64,000 nt of DNA from the human T2T-CHM13v2.0 reference genome, Homo sapiens. The notes under the pieces are model-generated. The model did no database searches. It was not told the origin of the DNA and was given only the letters and a program-made list of their open reading frames with translations. Position numbers and translations under genes: made by a program. The DNA lies in assembly GCF_009914755.1 (NCBI RefSeq), contig NC_060947.1. One strand, written 5' to 3'. This document shows, in pieces, positions 1-13,520 of the stretch. Every line of letters starts with the position of its first letter. The stretch's first letter is position 1.

Positions 1-862
1 GAAATTATTCAATCAGAGGAGAAACACAATATAATAATAAAGAAAGCCTATGGGAATTATGAGATACTATCAGTTGAACTGCCTTTTGCATAATAAGAGG
101 TATTGAAGGAGAAGAAAAGGCCTAGAAAGGATATTTAAGTATATAATGGCTGAAAATTTCCCAAATCTGGGGAATGATGACAGCATCCAGGTACAGGAAG
201 CTCAGATGTCACCAATCAAATTTAGCCCAAAAGATGCACCAAGTGGCATTATAATCAAATTACCAAAAATCAAAGGTGAAGAACACTGAAATTAGCAGCA
301 GATAAAAAACACATCACATTTAAAGTAACCCCAATAAAACTTTCAGGGAATTTATCAGCAGATAATTCCCAGGAGTTAGTAGAGCGATATATCCAAAGTG
401 CTGAAGGGAACAAAAGAAGGAACTGCCCACCAGGAATACTTTGCAGACACAGCTGTCATTCAGAAATGAGGATAAAATTAAAACTTTCCCAGACAAACAA
501 AAGTGAAGAAAGTTTGTCACCAGTAGGCCCCCTTGATTAAAATTACTAAAGGGAGTTATTTAATCTAAATGAAAGGCTGCTAATTAGTGACAAAAGCATT
601 TGAAAAAATTCATTGATGTAAGTAATACATAGTTACACTCAAAATTCTCTAATTCTAAAAGCAATTTTATCCCTACTAGGAGGATTAAAAGAAAAACCTA
701 AAAGTAACTACTATAGCTACAGTAAATTGTTAAGACATACAAATTACAAAAGTAAGTGTAAATGTTGACATCATGTTATAAAAGGTTAGAGAGGTAGTGA
801 AAATGTGAAGTTTTGTGTGCAATTAAAGGAAAGTTATTATCAGCTTAAAGTAGCCTGTTATA

Positions 863-1048
863 AACACATGAACACATAGAGTGCAAGAATACACACAGGG
901 TCTTTCGTAGGGTGGAGGGTAGGAGGAGGGAGAGGATCAGGAAATATAACTAATGGGTACTAGGCTTAATACCAGTGATAAAATAATCTGAACAACAAAC
1001 CCCATGACACAAACCTGATCATGTAGCCCTGAACTTAAACGTTAAAAA
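863..1048 (+). mobile_element. L1PA13-16-like 3' end fragment nested in the old L1
   Basis: aactaatgggtactaggcttaatacc...acaacaaaccccatgacac...ccctgaacttaaa; the host L1 resumes afterwards. Confidence 0.8.
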
Positions 1049-1298
1049 TATATTTTATGTAAGCCTTATGGTAACTACAAAGGAAAAACCTATAGTAGTT
1101 GCACAAAATACAAAAAGAAAGCATTCAAAGAATACAGAAATTTATTAAGCCACAGGGAAGAGAGCAAGAGAGGAAGAAAGAAATAAGTGACCTACAAAAC
1201 AATCAGAAAACAAATTATAAAATTTCTGTAGCAAGTCCTCACCTAACAATAATTACCTTGAATGCAAATGAATTACATTTGCCTATAAAAAGACATAG

Positions 1299-1864
1299 GA
1301 CCAGAAATACCATTTGACCCAGCAATCCCACTACTGTGTATATACCCAAAGGAATATAAGTCATTCTGATCTAAAGATACATGCACACTTATGTTCATTG
1401 CAGCACTATTCACAATAGCAAAGACACGGAATAAACACAAATGTCCATGAATGATAGACTGGATAAAGAAAATGTGGTACATATACACCATGGAATACTA
1501 TGCAGCCATAAAAAGGAATAATATCATTTCCTTTGCAGGAGGATGGGGAGAGCTGGAAGCCATTATCATCAGCAAACTAACACAGGAACAGAAAACCAAA
1601 CACCACATGTTCTCACCTATAAGTGGGAGCTGAACTGAGAACACATGGACACAGGAAGGGAAACAACACACAGTGGGGCCTGTTGGAGGGGTGGCAAGAG
1701 GGAGAGCATCAGGATAAATAGCTAATGCATGTGGGTCTGAATACCTAGGTGATGGGTTGATAGGTGCAGCAAACCACCATGACACATGTTTACCTGTGTA
1801 ACCTGCACGTTGTGCACATGAACACAGAACTTAACATAAAATTTAAAAAAAGAATAAAATAAAA
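1299..1864 (+). mobile_element. L1PA8-like 5'-truncated 3' end nested in the old L1 ORF2
   Basis: [30 protein letters not shown] frame, L1PA 3'UTR and A-rich tail; degenerate TSD aaaagacatag / aagaagacataa. Confidence 0.88.
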
Positions 1865-4800
1865 GAGAACATGACTTTGGCATTTTACAAAAGGCAAAAG
1901 AAGACATAAAAGTGCCTGAATAAATTTTTTGAAAAACTAGATCCAACCATATTCTGCTTATTTACCTTTGTAGTAGAACACACATAGACTGAAATTAAAG
2001 GGATTGATATATTCCATGCAAATAGAAACCAGAAAAGAGTCACTATGTTTATATCAGACAAAATAGACTTTAAGTTGAAAACTATAAAAAGAGACAAAGA
2101 AGGTCATTATGTAATGATAAAGCGGCTAATTCATCAAGAGTACATAGCAATTGTAAGTATATCTACATCGAATATTGGATCACCTAAATACATATAGCAG
2201 TTATTAAATGATCAGAAAGGAGAGATAGCCTGCAATACTATAACGGTAGGAGACTACAATACCCCACTTTTAGGTCATCTAGACAGAAAAGTAATAATTA
2301 AACATTTGTCTTGAGTTATATGTTAGACAAAATGGACCTAACAGACACATATAGAACATTCCATCCAACAGTAGCAGAATACATATTATTCTGAAGTGCT
2401 CATTGGATATTCTCCAGGGTAAATTATATGTTAGGCAACAAAACAAATATTAAAAAATTTAAAGATGGAAATCACATCAAGTATCTTTTCAGATCACAAT
2501 GAAATGAAACTAGAACTCAAAACCAGAAGAAATATTGGAAAATAGAAAAATATGGCAAATTGAACGACATGTTCCTACACAATCAATAGGTCACAGACAA
2601 AATGAAAATGGAAACTAGACAATTCTGTGAAACATGAAAATGGAAACACATTGCACCGTAACTATGGGATACAGCAAAAGCTAAAGCTATCTTAAGAGGG
2701 AAATTTATAGTGATAAAAGCCTGTATTAACAAATAAAGATCATAAGTAATCTAATGTTACACCTCAAAGAGTTGGAAAAGAGACTAAATTAAGCCTAGTG
2801 TTAGCAGAAGGAAGCAATTTACAAAGATCAGAGCAGACAGTAGAGACTAGAAAAACAATAGAAAAAAACAACAAAACTGTTAGTTTTTTTGGGGAAGGTA
2901 AAAAGATAAAAGATAAAGGTTTGTATAAACCTTCATCTAGACTAGGAGAAACAGAGACTATCCAAATAAACATGATTAGAAATGTAAGTGGAGACATTAC
3001 AACTGATGCCACTGAAATACAAAGGATCATAAGAAACTAATACTAACAATTATATACCAACAAATTGAATAACCTTGAAGAAATCGATAAATTCCTAGAC
3101 CCATAACACTTCAAAGACTGAATTATGGAGAAATAAAAAAAATCTGAATAAACCAATAATGAGTAAGGAGATTGAATCAGCCATAAAAATCTCCTACCAA
3201 AGAAGCACAGTACTACACAGCTTCATTGCTGGATTCTACCAACCATTTAAAGAAGAACTAACATCAATTATTCTCAAACTCTTCCCCCAAAATTGAAGTA
3301 GAAGTAATTTTTGCAAACTCATTTTAGGAGGCTGGCATTGCCATGACGCCGAAGCCAGACAAAGACACTACAGAAAAAAAAATGTGTATCATGTTATCAC
3401 AATTTTAATGAGACTAGTTTTATAATAGCAAATCATGTCACTGCACTTGGTTCCTTGAACTTTTGATCAGAAAAGCATAGTATAAATTTAACACTTAAAT
3501 AAATGTCATGCTTAATGTGCTGGAACTCTTCCAAGGTCAAATTAAATAGCAACTATTGGCAGAAAGTCTACAATCCCCAGACTATGCAGATGTGGCTTGT
3601 AGACAATGTTCAAAACTACTCAATATAGTTGATATTTAATAATGATTTTTATGTGAATCCATGTACAAATGTTATCAGATCTGAACCTATTAGAATGAAA
3701 GTCTTACTATAGAGAAAGAGTCATCTAAATTTTAAGAGTGTCACCTTACTTTAGAATAACCAAATACTTTAAGTGTCCAGGGCACATTCATTGTCTCTTT
3801 TATTTAACTGTGAGGAAGAAATATGTTTGCAAGTTACCTGAAGACAAGGGAAAATTTCATTTAAATCAGTTACTTCTTATTAATAAAAATAGTCCTATGA
3901 ACAAGAGGTCAAATGTTTGTCTCTCTGGTATATATGATGCAGACTAAACTGAAAATAGGTTAAGTAGAAATGCCTGAGTATTTCCATAGAAGTAAATGTA
4001 TACACATATCTATATATAGAAAATCCAACTGTTCTGAAGATAAAAATCTGTAGTGCACAGAATAAAGAGTGCCTTTTTTTTTCAAAGTATTTTTTTCAAA
4101 CACAATAAAGCATTGTTAAATCAGACCCATTAGAGAGACAGTCTAAATTGGTGAAAAGTCTTCAGTATTTAGAATTTGTTTATATAAATTTCTTGCTGTA
4201 ATTAATTTAAATAATAGTAAAGCATAGTTTAACAGAACATTTAATGAGTTTCATTTTAATTAATATATAATAATAATTTGTAACTGACTCATTGTTTGTA
4301 TTCAAGTTGATTTTGCTAAAGTCCTTGGAAGCATTTATTCCTCTAAGCAGTTTACTATCACTTAATATTTTTCTTTAACATTATAAATAAGATTGCATTT
4401 TTCTGCATACAGAGCCTAAAAAGAGAGTTAAGTCCACGATGTATTAAATTATTATAAAATTAAATAATTAAGACTTGAGTGACTTTAATAAAAAATACCT
4501 TCATAATGTATTGATTACATGCAAGCAAGGCAAAACTTCGGAAGTATTGGAAAATAATAAAAAAGAACTAGACATCTAGCAAATATATTGTGCTAGACAG
4601 TACCAACATAACTGGTTTATTTGAACAAATTAGCATATTTTGTTAAAAGAAAACAAAAAACTCTCAAGTTGTTTGACAGAATTAACTCATCATTTTTCTT
4701 TTTTCTAGCTGGCTGATCCCATACTCTCAAGGTAGCTGAAATATATTTGGTTTCTTAAAATTTATGTTTATTTGAACCAATAGATTTTTTTAAAATGGGA

Positions 4801-4892
4801 TGATGTGATTGTCTTTAAAAAGATATTTTGAAAGCCCAGATTATTCATCAGTTCTCAAGAAATTATGTAGGTCATTTTGTGTGTTGCAGACA

Positions 4893-5950
4893 AATTTTTT
4901 CGCTAGCTTTATTGAGCAGTGGTTGACAAAATTGGTATCTCTTTAAGACATAAACGATGATGATTATATATATGTATATATTGTGAAATGATTACCACAA
5001 TCAAGTTAGCTAACACATCCATTGCCTCACATACTTACCATTTTGTGTGTGTGTGTGTGTGTGTGGTGAAAACATTTAGTGTCGACTCTCTAGACAAATC
5101 TCAAGTATATAATGCAGTATTATTGACTATAGTAACCATGCTATAAATTAGACCCCCAGAACTCATTCATCTCACATTTGAAAGTTTGTACATGTTGACC
5201 AAACTTTCTCCCTGTTCCCCCAACCCATATCCCCTGCGAACCACCATTCTACTCTCTGTTTTCATGAGTTTGACATTTTTAGTTTCTACATATAAGGTCA
5301 CATAGTATTTGTCATTCTCTATCTGATTTATTTCACTTACAATAATGCTCTCAAGATTCATCCATGTTGATGCAAAAGGCAGGATTTCATTCTTTTTCAT
5401 AGCTGAATGATATTTCACTGTGTAGATATACCACATTTCCTCTGTCCATTTATCCATGGATGGACATTCAGTTTGTTTTTCTATCTTGGCTAGTGTGAAT
5501 AATGCTACAATAAACATGGGAATGCAGATATGTCTTCAATATACTGATTTCCTTTCTTTCATATATATACCCGTAAGTGTGATTTCTAGATAATATGGTA
5601 GTTATATTTTTAATTTTTTGAGTAATCGTCATACTGTTTTCCGTAACAGCTATACCAATTTACATTCCCACCAACAGTGTGCAAAAGTTCCCTTTATACC
5701 CTCACAAACACTTTTTATCTCTTGTCTTTTTCATATAGTCCTCCTTACAGGTGTGAGGTGGTTTTGATTTTCATTTCCATGATGATTAGTGATGTTGAAC
5801 ATCTTTTCATATACCTATTGGTCTTATGCATGTCTTTTTGGAAACATATCTATTTGGGCTCTTTGCTTATTTTTAGACAAGATCATTTGTTTATCTATTT
5901 GGTATTAGGTTGTATAACTTCCTTATCTATTTTTGGATAGTAATCCCTAG
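4893..5950 (-). mobile_element. L1MA (L1MA9-like) 3' end with an internal (TG)n at ~5045-5065
   Basis: ORF 5167-5517 is the ORF2 C-terminus (MFIVALFTLAK..MDKW..); L1MA-type 3'UTR. Confidence 0.88.
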
Positions 5951-6563
5951 GGCAAAATTTTTCAGATCTTGAAACTTCAAGAACATAAGGCTGCTAAGAA
6001 TATAAAGAAGCAGTATATATACATACATGTAATAATTAGAGAAAAATACAGAGTAGCCTTAATCCATTCATTATTTTATTCATCTATTCAACTAACATGT
6101 TTCAAGTGCCTATTGTAACAAGTTCTAAATTGTAAAAATGCATAAGGAAATTATTTGTTATCTAAGAGCACTCAGTCTAGTGGAGAAGGCAGACTTATGA
6201 AGAGATAAGTGAAATATAATGAGAGGTAGGCATAGTAGCCAGGTATAATATTATGGAATTCTTTGTAAGAGATGATAATGACCTAATATGAGGAGATGTC
6301 TGCTGGGAACGTGAAGAAAAGATAGATTTTGAGAGACACCTAGGGAACAGCATTGATAGTATGTAGTGATCCTATGATACTGGAAGAGAAAGGGATAGGG
6401 TTTTATCAGTTTTCTACTTTTGTTTACTAGGCATTCATCTGCCATCTGCTGAGACAGGAGACTCAGATGGAGTGGTAGATTAAGGTCTGAGTGCACAAAC
6501 AATGGGTTCATTTTTTGATATGTTCACATGAAGTGTTTGTGGAATATTTAAAACTATATATCA

Positions 6564-6945
<382 letters not shown>

Positions 6946-8049
6946 CCAGCAGATGGAACGATAATAGATATCTGTAAATGGGTAGAGCAATCAGAAATAT
7001 GGTTATGAATTTGGGAATAATCAGTGCACAAATGACAGGTGAGGCCATATAATACTAGTGTGCCAAGAGAAAATGAAAAAGTCTAGAGAAATACTTATTT
7101 CAAGGAACATAGAGAGGAAGATGAGCCCCCAAAACAGACTGAAAAAGGCAACTAGAAAGGAGGAAATTTAAATGAGTGCGATATCACAGGAATCAAGTTA
7201 AAACACTGTTTTGAGGAGAAGGGAATAGCCAACTGTGAAGGCTGCTGCTAAGAAGTCAAGATGAAGATTGTACAATATTCTTTCACTTCAGAGTCATAGA
7301 ATTCTTCAGTGACATTTATGAGTTTCAACAGACTTGTGCAGACAGAAGCCAAAATGAAGTAAGTTGAAGAGTGAGTAGGAAGTGAGGAGGCATAGATGTT
7401 GAATTTAGACAGCTCATTAAAGACATCTGGCTGTGAAATTGACTAAGAAGGATAACCTGTAACCTGGATGCTATAAAAAAGAATCCAGGAAGGTTTTTGT
7501 TTGGTTTGGTTTTGGAAAAAGACTTGAGCAAAAATACTTGTTGATAAGAAAGGCTTATAGAGAAAGGCTAAATAATCAAGAGAATGGATATAGGGTAAAG
7601 TAAGGGGATTTAATTTTTGCAACTTCTTAGTGACTTAAGATTTTTGGTGAGCTTTTGCTCAGACATTAGGCTTTATTTATGCATTCAAAAACATTTACTA
7701 AAAATTTCCTCTGTGACAGGCTCTGTGTGAAAATCTAACAATCTAGTGATGTTTGAGTAAGGGGAAAGATAAACAAAGCAACAATTTCTGTAGAGTATAC
7801 TAAGTGCTCGAGCTAGTGTTGAGAAAAGCAGGGTGCTACAGGAATGGTGAGTGACCTTCAATGTTGAACTTGCTCTCCTTATACTTTGAGGTTTATAAAA
7901 ACAGCTTAGGTTACTTCTGTTGACATTCCACTAGTCAGAAATCTGTCACAGGTACCTTACCATTACTTCCAGGAGACTGAGAAATATTGTTTTCATTTAA
8001 ACTCAGGAAGAAGAAATTCTGATGAACACAAAACAATTTATCACACCAT

Positions 8050-8570
8050 CTTAGCTTAAATTCTGCTGAATGCTGAGCCCAAGATAAAGACCAAAGTGCA
8101 GGTAGTTTATCTGGGAGTCACCAGGAGCAGGAGTAAGGGAGCAGAGAGAGGAAGATAGGAAGGTGGAAAAACAAATATGCCAATCTAAGGTATATAACTG
8201 AGACCTTCACTGTGGGCAATAGGGGCTCAATTGTGTTGAGACTTCCTGAAAAGTGCACAGAATGACTGCCAGAATTTTCCACCTGATGAACAGAGGCTAT
8301 ATAACATCTCTTGTCCCTCACTGGTTAAAAATTACTCTTCAGGCTAATCATCTCCCATTTCTGATATGTGGAAAGAATGTTCTTATTCCTGTGCTATTGG
8401 AGAAGGCCCTGGGAAGAAAGCAGAGAGATGTTGTGGCAAACTTTTGAGGTGAGGTGCTGCCAGCATGAGGTGAGTCTGAGCTCACATGAAATTGTCCACT
8501 GAAGCTGCAGGTGAAATAAGATGTGGGCTGAGCAGACGTGATGTGGAGAATCAGAGGAATCAGCTACACA
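8050..8570. mobile_element. ERVL solo LTR, LTR33-like
   Basis: gctgagcccaagataaagaccaaagtgcaggtagtttatctgggag..., ends in ..gctacaca. Confidence 0.6.
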
Positions 8571-9529
8571 TTACAACTATGTTTTAACGAAAGTAAAGGA
8601 AACAAAATATTTTTTGTCTAAAGATGTCCCGGATAGTCACTGTGACCTGAAAGCATCTGAATAAATTGTTTTAATATAACACTTTACTTTTATGATGAGG
8701 ACCCTGTCTTGGTTATATTTTTGGACTATGAAATTAACTGGAAAGTAAAATAGAAAACTGAGCATTTGTTGAAGCAGTGTGATTACATAGATCACTCATC
8801 CAGGTGACCTAGACCCAAACTCATTCTGCCTTTCTAGGTCTCTATTCCCAGATTGTTTACTTAATTATCTCAGTTCTTCATTCCATTCACTTCTGTAGAA
8901 ATTGTTGAAAGATTCAGTTCTCATTCCTTTCTTTAACTTGATCTACAAATGTGTTTGTTTATTAGTTATTCAAATGAGGGTGGGGGAAGATCTGTGGAAA
9001 TTTCCCCACATTTTTTTCTTTAGAGGTACTCTATAATTTGTCTTTTATAATTTTAGATTTGAATTTGACAGGTAATTAGTCACATCATGAGGCAAGGTAG
9101 TCAAATCCAGCAAACGTAATGTAAGATTCTCTTTGTGGTTTTAATGAATTATCAGTATACCTTTCAAAGTGCATATTCAGCGTGGTTCTGAGATAGTGCA
9201 GCCATGCTCTCTTTTCTCTCCTCTTGTCATTGCTTCTGGTTAGTGCATTCTGGTTTGTTTATGATTGATACTTTCAAAGATATATGATATATTGATTCCA
9301 GTTACGTTGCTGAATATTCACAGTAGCCTTACCACATTAATGTGTGTGTTTTTGTGTATGTGTGTATGTAATTTTCCATTTAAATAAGTCTATAAAAGTC
9401 ACCCTTCATCCAGTTGGTTGCGGATTTTTTAAAATGGAAATTTATATATTATTGATATAGGTTATTTAAAAAAAGCCTTAAATTGTATCTAATTGGAAAA
9501 CTTCCAAATTGTCTGGCTTCTTCATTTCT

Positions 9530-9700
9530 ATGCTCCTGCAGTACCTGTTCTTCAGGATCTGTATCTCTACCATGCCCTTGTCATGTTTTATTATAATTGT
9601 TTATTTTCTTATTTGTTCCTACATTAGACTTGAAACCTACTATCTCAATGACAATTAGTAGGGCCTCAGTAAATGTTTATTAAATGAGAAAATGATTAAA
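9530..9700 (+). mobile_element. L2 3' end
   Basis: gcctcagtaaatgtttattaaatgagaaaatga terminus. Confidence 0.6.
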
Positions 9701-10319
9701 TAGTGGATAATTTGAATAGCTGGATTTTTTTTTTTTCATTTAGAACACCATGCTTCTTTTGGGATGTTGCTCATGAATAAATCCATACTGGATCCTCTAA
9801 AGGATTACAGAAGTGTAAATACACAGAAAAAAGCCTACAGCTGATCCACATGAGAGGAGATAAAATCCATTGAGCTGTGCATCTGAACGGCATCTTATGA
9901 ATGTTCATTTTATACTTGAGGGAACTGAGGACCTAGGACAGCGATCTTCCAAGGTCATAAGACTATTTAGTGGCAGAGGAAGGTTTTCAATTCCAATCTA
10001 CCATAAACCATCAAAGATGGTGGCTAAAAACGGTGATAAAAATTATTTAAAGGTAGAATAATGTGGTTCAAAGATCAATATCATTTAGACTCTGGTGAGT
10101 TCGGGCTCAATCACATCCAGAGTGTCAAGACTGACCCGTATCTCATCAAAAATAATTCAATAAAATGAAAACATTGAATAGAATCTATGAGCTTGGGAAG
10201 AGGGGAAAACAAGTAAGCCAGTCACTTTATTTCTGAGATTCACAATTTTTCGTTTCCTGAAATTAGGGTGGATCTTCTTATCAAAGGGATCTATGAAGGT
10301 CTTTTTAAATAACGTCTTT

Positions 10320-10697
10320 ATTTATTTATTTATTTTTATTATACTTTAAGTTTTAGGGTACATGTGCTCAATGTGCAGGTTTGTTACATATGTATACATG
10401 TGCCATGTTGGTGTGCTGCACGCATGTACTTGTCATTTAACATTAGATATATCTCCTAATGCTATTAAATCATGCTGCTATAAAAACACATGCACATGTA
10501 TGTTTATTGCGGCCCCATTCACAATAGCGAAGACTTGGAACCAACCCAAATGTCCATCAATGATAGACTGGATTAAGAAAATGTGGCACATATACACCAT
10601 GGAATACTATGCAGCCATAAAAAATGATGAGTTCATGTCCTTTGTAGGGACATGGATGAAGCTGGAAACCATCATTCTCAGCAAACTATCGCAGGGA
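10320..10697 (-). mobile_element. Short L1PA4/5-like insertion with 5' inversion (twin priming)
   Basis: 10320-10465 is the minus-strand 3' end with a (TTTA)n tail; 10466-10697 is a plus-strand ORF2 C-terminal piece; TSD aaataacgtcttt (10307-10319) / aaataatatcttt (10698-10710). Confidence 0.92.
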
Positions 10698-11639
10698 AAA
10701 TAATATCTTTTATTTGTATACAGCTATAAATTACAAACTTGTTTTATTATGCTTTATTTTTTTCGTTATTTTTACTCTGCTTACTCCCTATCTTTCATTT
10801 ATTCACCAGCAGTTTTCTCTGACAGAATAAATGTATGAAGGTCTTTAACCTGGCCAGTGACATTTTGAATGAATTAGGTTTCTCCCGCTCTAACCAATCT
10901 CACCTAGCAGAAAGATGATCCATCTATGAAGGGAAGCGAACTGATGAATTATTGTATGCGTTTGTGCTGAATGGAAGTCATTCTGTAGCACTGCCTAAGT
11001 ATTTATTTTTCTAAAAGGACTCTTTGTATTAAATGCTTCTCCATTGTATTATTCCCAATTAGTGGAAATTTATTGTGAGTATTTAAATCTCAAAGATGAG
11101 CTACATTCTGAATCTACATCTCATGTTTCTCAGCTGAGTCTCTCCTTCAAATTATATACGCATTTTCTGTATTTATATTCCGACTCATTTTTCACACTTT
11201 CACAGTCTAAGATGAGAACCATACATTTCATAGTTCTTGACCTATTTTAAAGTCGTATCATTTTTTTTAACCTTTGACTTTGTCCAGCAAGAGCCACCAC
11301 TTTAGACTGAATCACATTACAATTATTTTAGTAAACTAAATCCAAATTGGATTGCAGTGGTATTTTTGTGCCTAATCAACTTAAAATAAGTATTTTTCAA
11401 CTAATTCTGCTTTTATGTTTTTTCTTTCTAGATACATTTGCTCTTATTCTAAGGGCTTTGTCAGTTGAAACTGTAGAACACAGCTAACACTATAATGTCC
11501 TGTTCAACAATTATTTCCAGCATGTTTTAACATAAACCTGTGAAAATATTTGCTGTCATGTTTCTAGCCCTCTGTGGCCTCAAACTGTCATGCTGGTGAT
11601 TTCACTTTCTCCCATAGAAATCACTAGAGTTTGATAAGA

Positions 11640-11800
11640 TTCTAGAGAATATCCAATTCAATATCCTTATATCATAATCAAGAAAACTGATGTCCAGAGG
11701 GGTTAAGTAAATTCTCCAAAGTCACACAGCTTGATAGTAACTGAATCTAAATTAGAACTCAAGGCTCTTAACTTCTGCATTGGGGCTCTTTCCATTCTAA
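11640..11800 (-). mobile_element. MIR
   Basis: aaaactgatgtccagaggggttaagtaaattctccaaagtcacacagc core. Confidence 0.8.
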
Positions 11801-13287
11801 TGTCGTGTATTGATATGACTGTCTAATAGAGACGCTTTAAGCTCCAACGTATTTGTAATATTATTTTAACCTTTTAGTTTTGTGAAAATAAATATAATGT
11901 AATCTACCCTGATCCTATCATCCCAAATCATCTACACTGTCAATAAAAGATATATTAATTCCCATGTATGGCAGAAAGTACATTAACTAAGCATTTTAAT
12001 TTGGATTAATGACACCACTTAGAAAAGAAGACCAGATCATGTATTATAACTGGTCTTCATAATAATTTCAAGTAAAGCCCAACAGATGTACAGTTATAGC
12101 CATGTTGTGTTATGAGTGTTTCAAAATAGTAATTAAATGAGTGGTTCTGGACAAGACATTAGAACCAAGATGATAAAGTCAATAACGCAGATCCAACCTT
12201 CAACCTCCCCCACACACACAGTCAAAGCAATCCCTGTATTAAGTACTGGTAGTATTGTTAAGTGTTACTATTTTTGTTTTCAGAAGTAGGGTACTCCCCA
12301 GGTTTCCAAGTGTTAGCATAAATTTTTAAAATGTTTTATGAATTAAGACGAAAATTACATGTTGTTATAATGACATTCAGAGGCATTCAACAACAGAGTA
12401 ATGTAACAATTCTATGGTTTTGGAACACAGAAACCTCTGGCTTTCCATTAAAAAAATGTGTAACCAAATAGAAAAGTGAGAATGGTTATGTACTCATGGA
12501 TACTAAAGAAAACACACCCTGTGTTTCTAAAACAAGTGTGTATTTTCTAAATGAATGATACATTACTAAGATGAGCAGAGTATTGGCTTATAGCTGTGAT
12601 GCTGTCCATCTGCTGTCCTTAAAGTCTCCATGCAGTCTTTGAGGTGAATACAAAGGCAAACTCAACGGAGGTAAGTAAAATCTTTTTCAGGAAAAGAAGG
12701 GTATATATGAAAATGAATCTATCAATTAACAAAGCAGGTTTACTTTTGTTTATGTACTCACATATATTTTGAGAGACTAAGTTGCCATTCTGTCAATACA
12801 TTCTAGTTTGTCTCTAGCTTTTAAACAATCAAGAGGTAGTTTTATCATATGGAAATAAGCAAAGCTTTTTGTAGAGCAATAATGACCAAAAGCCAATGCC
12901 TCAGATTTTGTTTATTCTATTAAAGAATAACTTGTATATTCAAAAAGAAGAATTGAGGAAATTACCTGGAGAAGTCAATTATCACAGCACCCATCCCTCT
13001 ATTATGTGGACAGGTCATCAGAAAGAACATTTTATCAAGTGAAAGGCAAGCCAAATTATTGAGATAATTGCTTCAATTTCCCCGCTCATTTTTCACGTGT
13101 AAGCACAATACTTTGTATTCTATACTGAAAACATTGTTTTTGCTATTTGTTGATGTTACTGATGAATTCTGGCATCTCTTCATGGTCATTACTCGGATAT
13201 GAGAGCATATGTTTTAAAATAGAAGAAAGACAAACTTGAAAACTAGAACAAAATATTTGTGGGAGAGGACATTGTGTCAAAAACTAC

Positions 13288-13349
13288 ACTAGTGCTTTCA
13301 ATCAATATACTGGAAGCGTCTAGAGAACATGTCAAAATACAATTTTATT

Positions 13350-13411
<62 letters not shown>

Positions 13412-13520
13412 CCTTCTCGTTATGGGATACATAAATAATATGTATTTGTAACCAGCTGTTCAGGTGATTCTGATGCATCTCGACCGGCCAACATCAATTA
13501 ATGTTTGGGAATTATTAAAC
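13288..13520. mobile_element. MER5-like hAT MITE relic interrupted by (TA)n
   Basis: tgtatttgtaaccagctgttcaggtgattctgatgca motif. Confidence 0.55.
13350..13411. repeat. (TA)n microsatellite, ~31 units with two interruptions
   Basis: Directly visible. Confidence 0.98.

Larger units (their letters stand above)
1..3380 (+). mobile_element. Old L1 (L1MA/L1M-type) fragment: ORF1 3' part, inter-ORF region and ORF2 endonuclease/linker; interrupted by two younger L1 3' ends
   Basis: Degenerate ORF2 start (..SPHLTIITLNANELHLPIKRHR at ~1235-1298) and 'ITTDATEIQRIIRN' near 3000; many stops and frameshifts. Confidence 0.9.
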
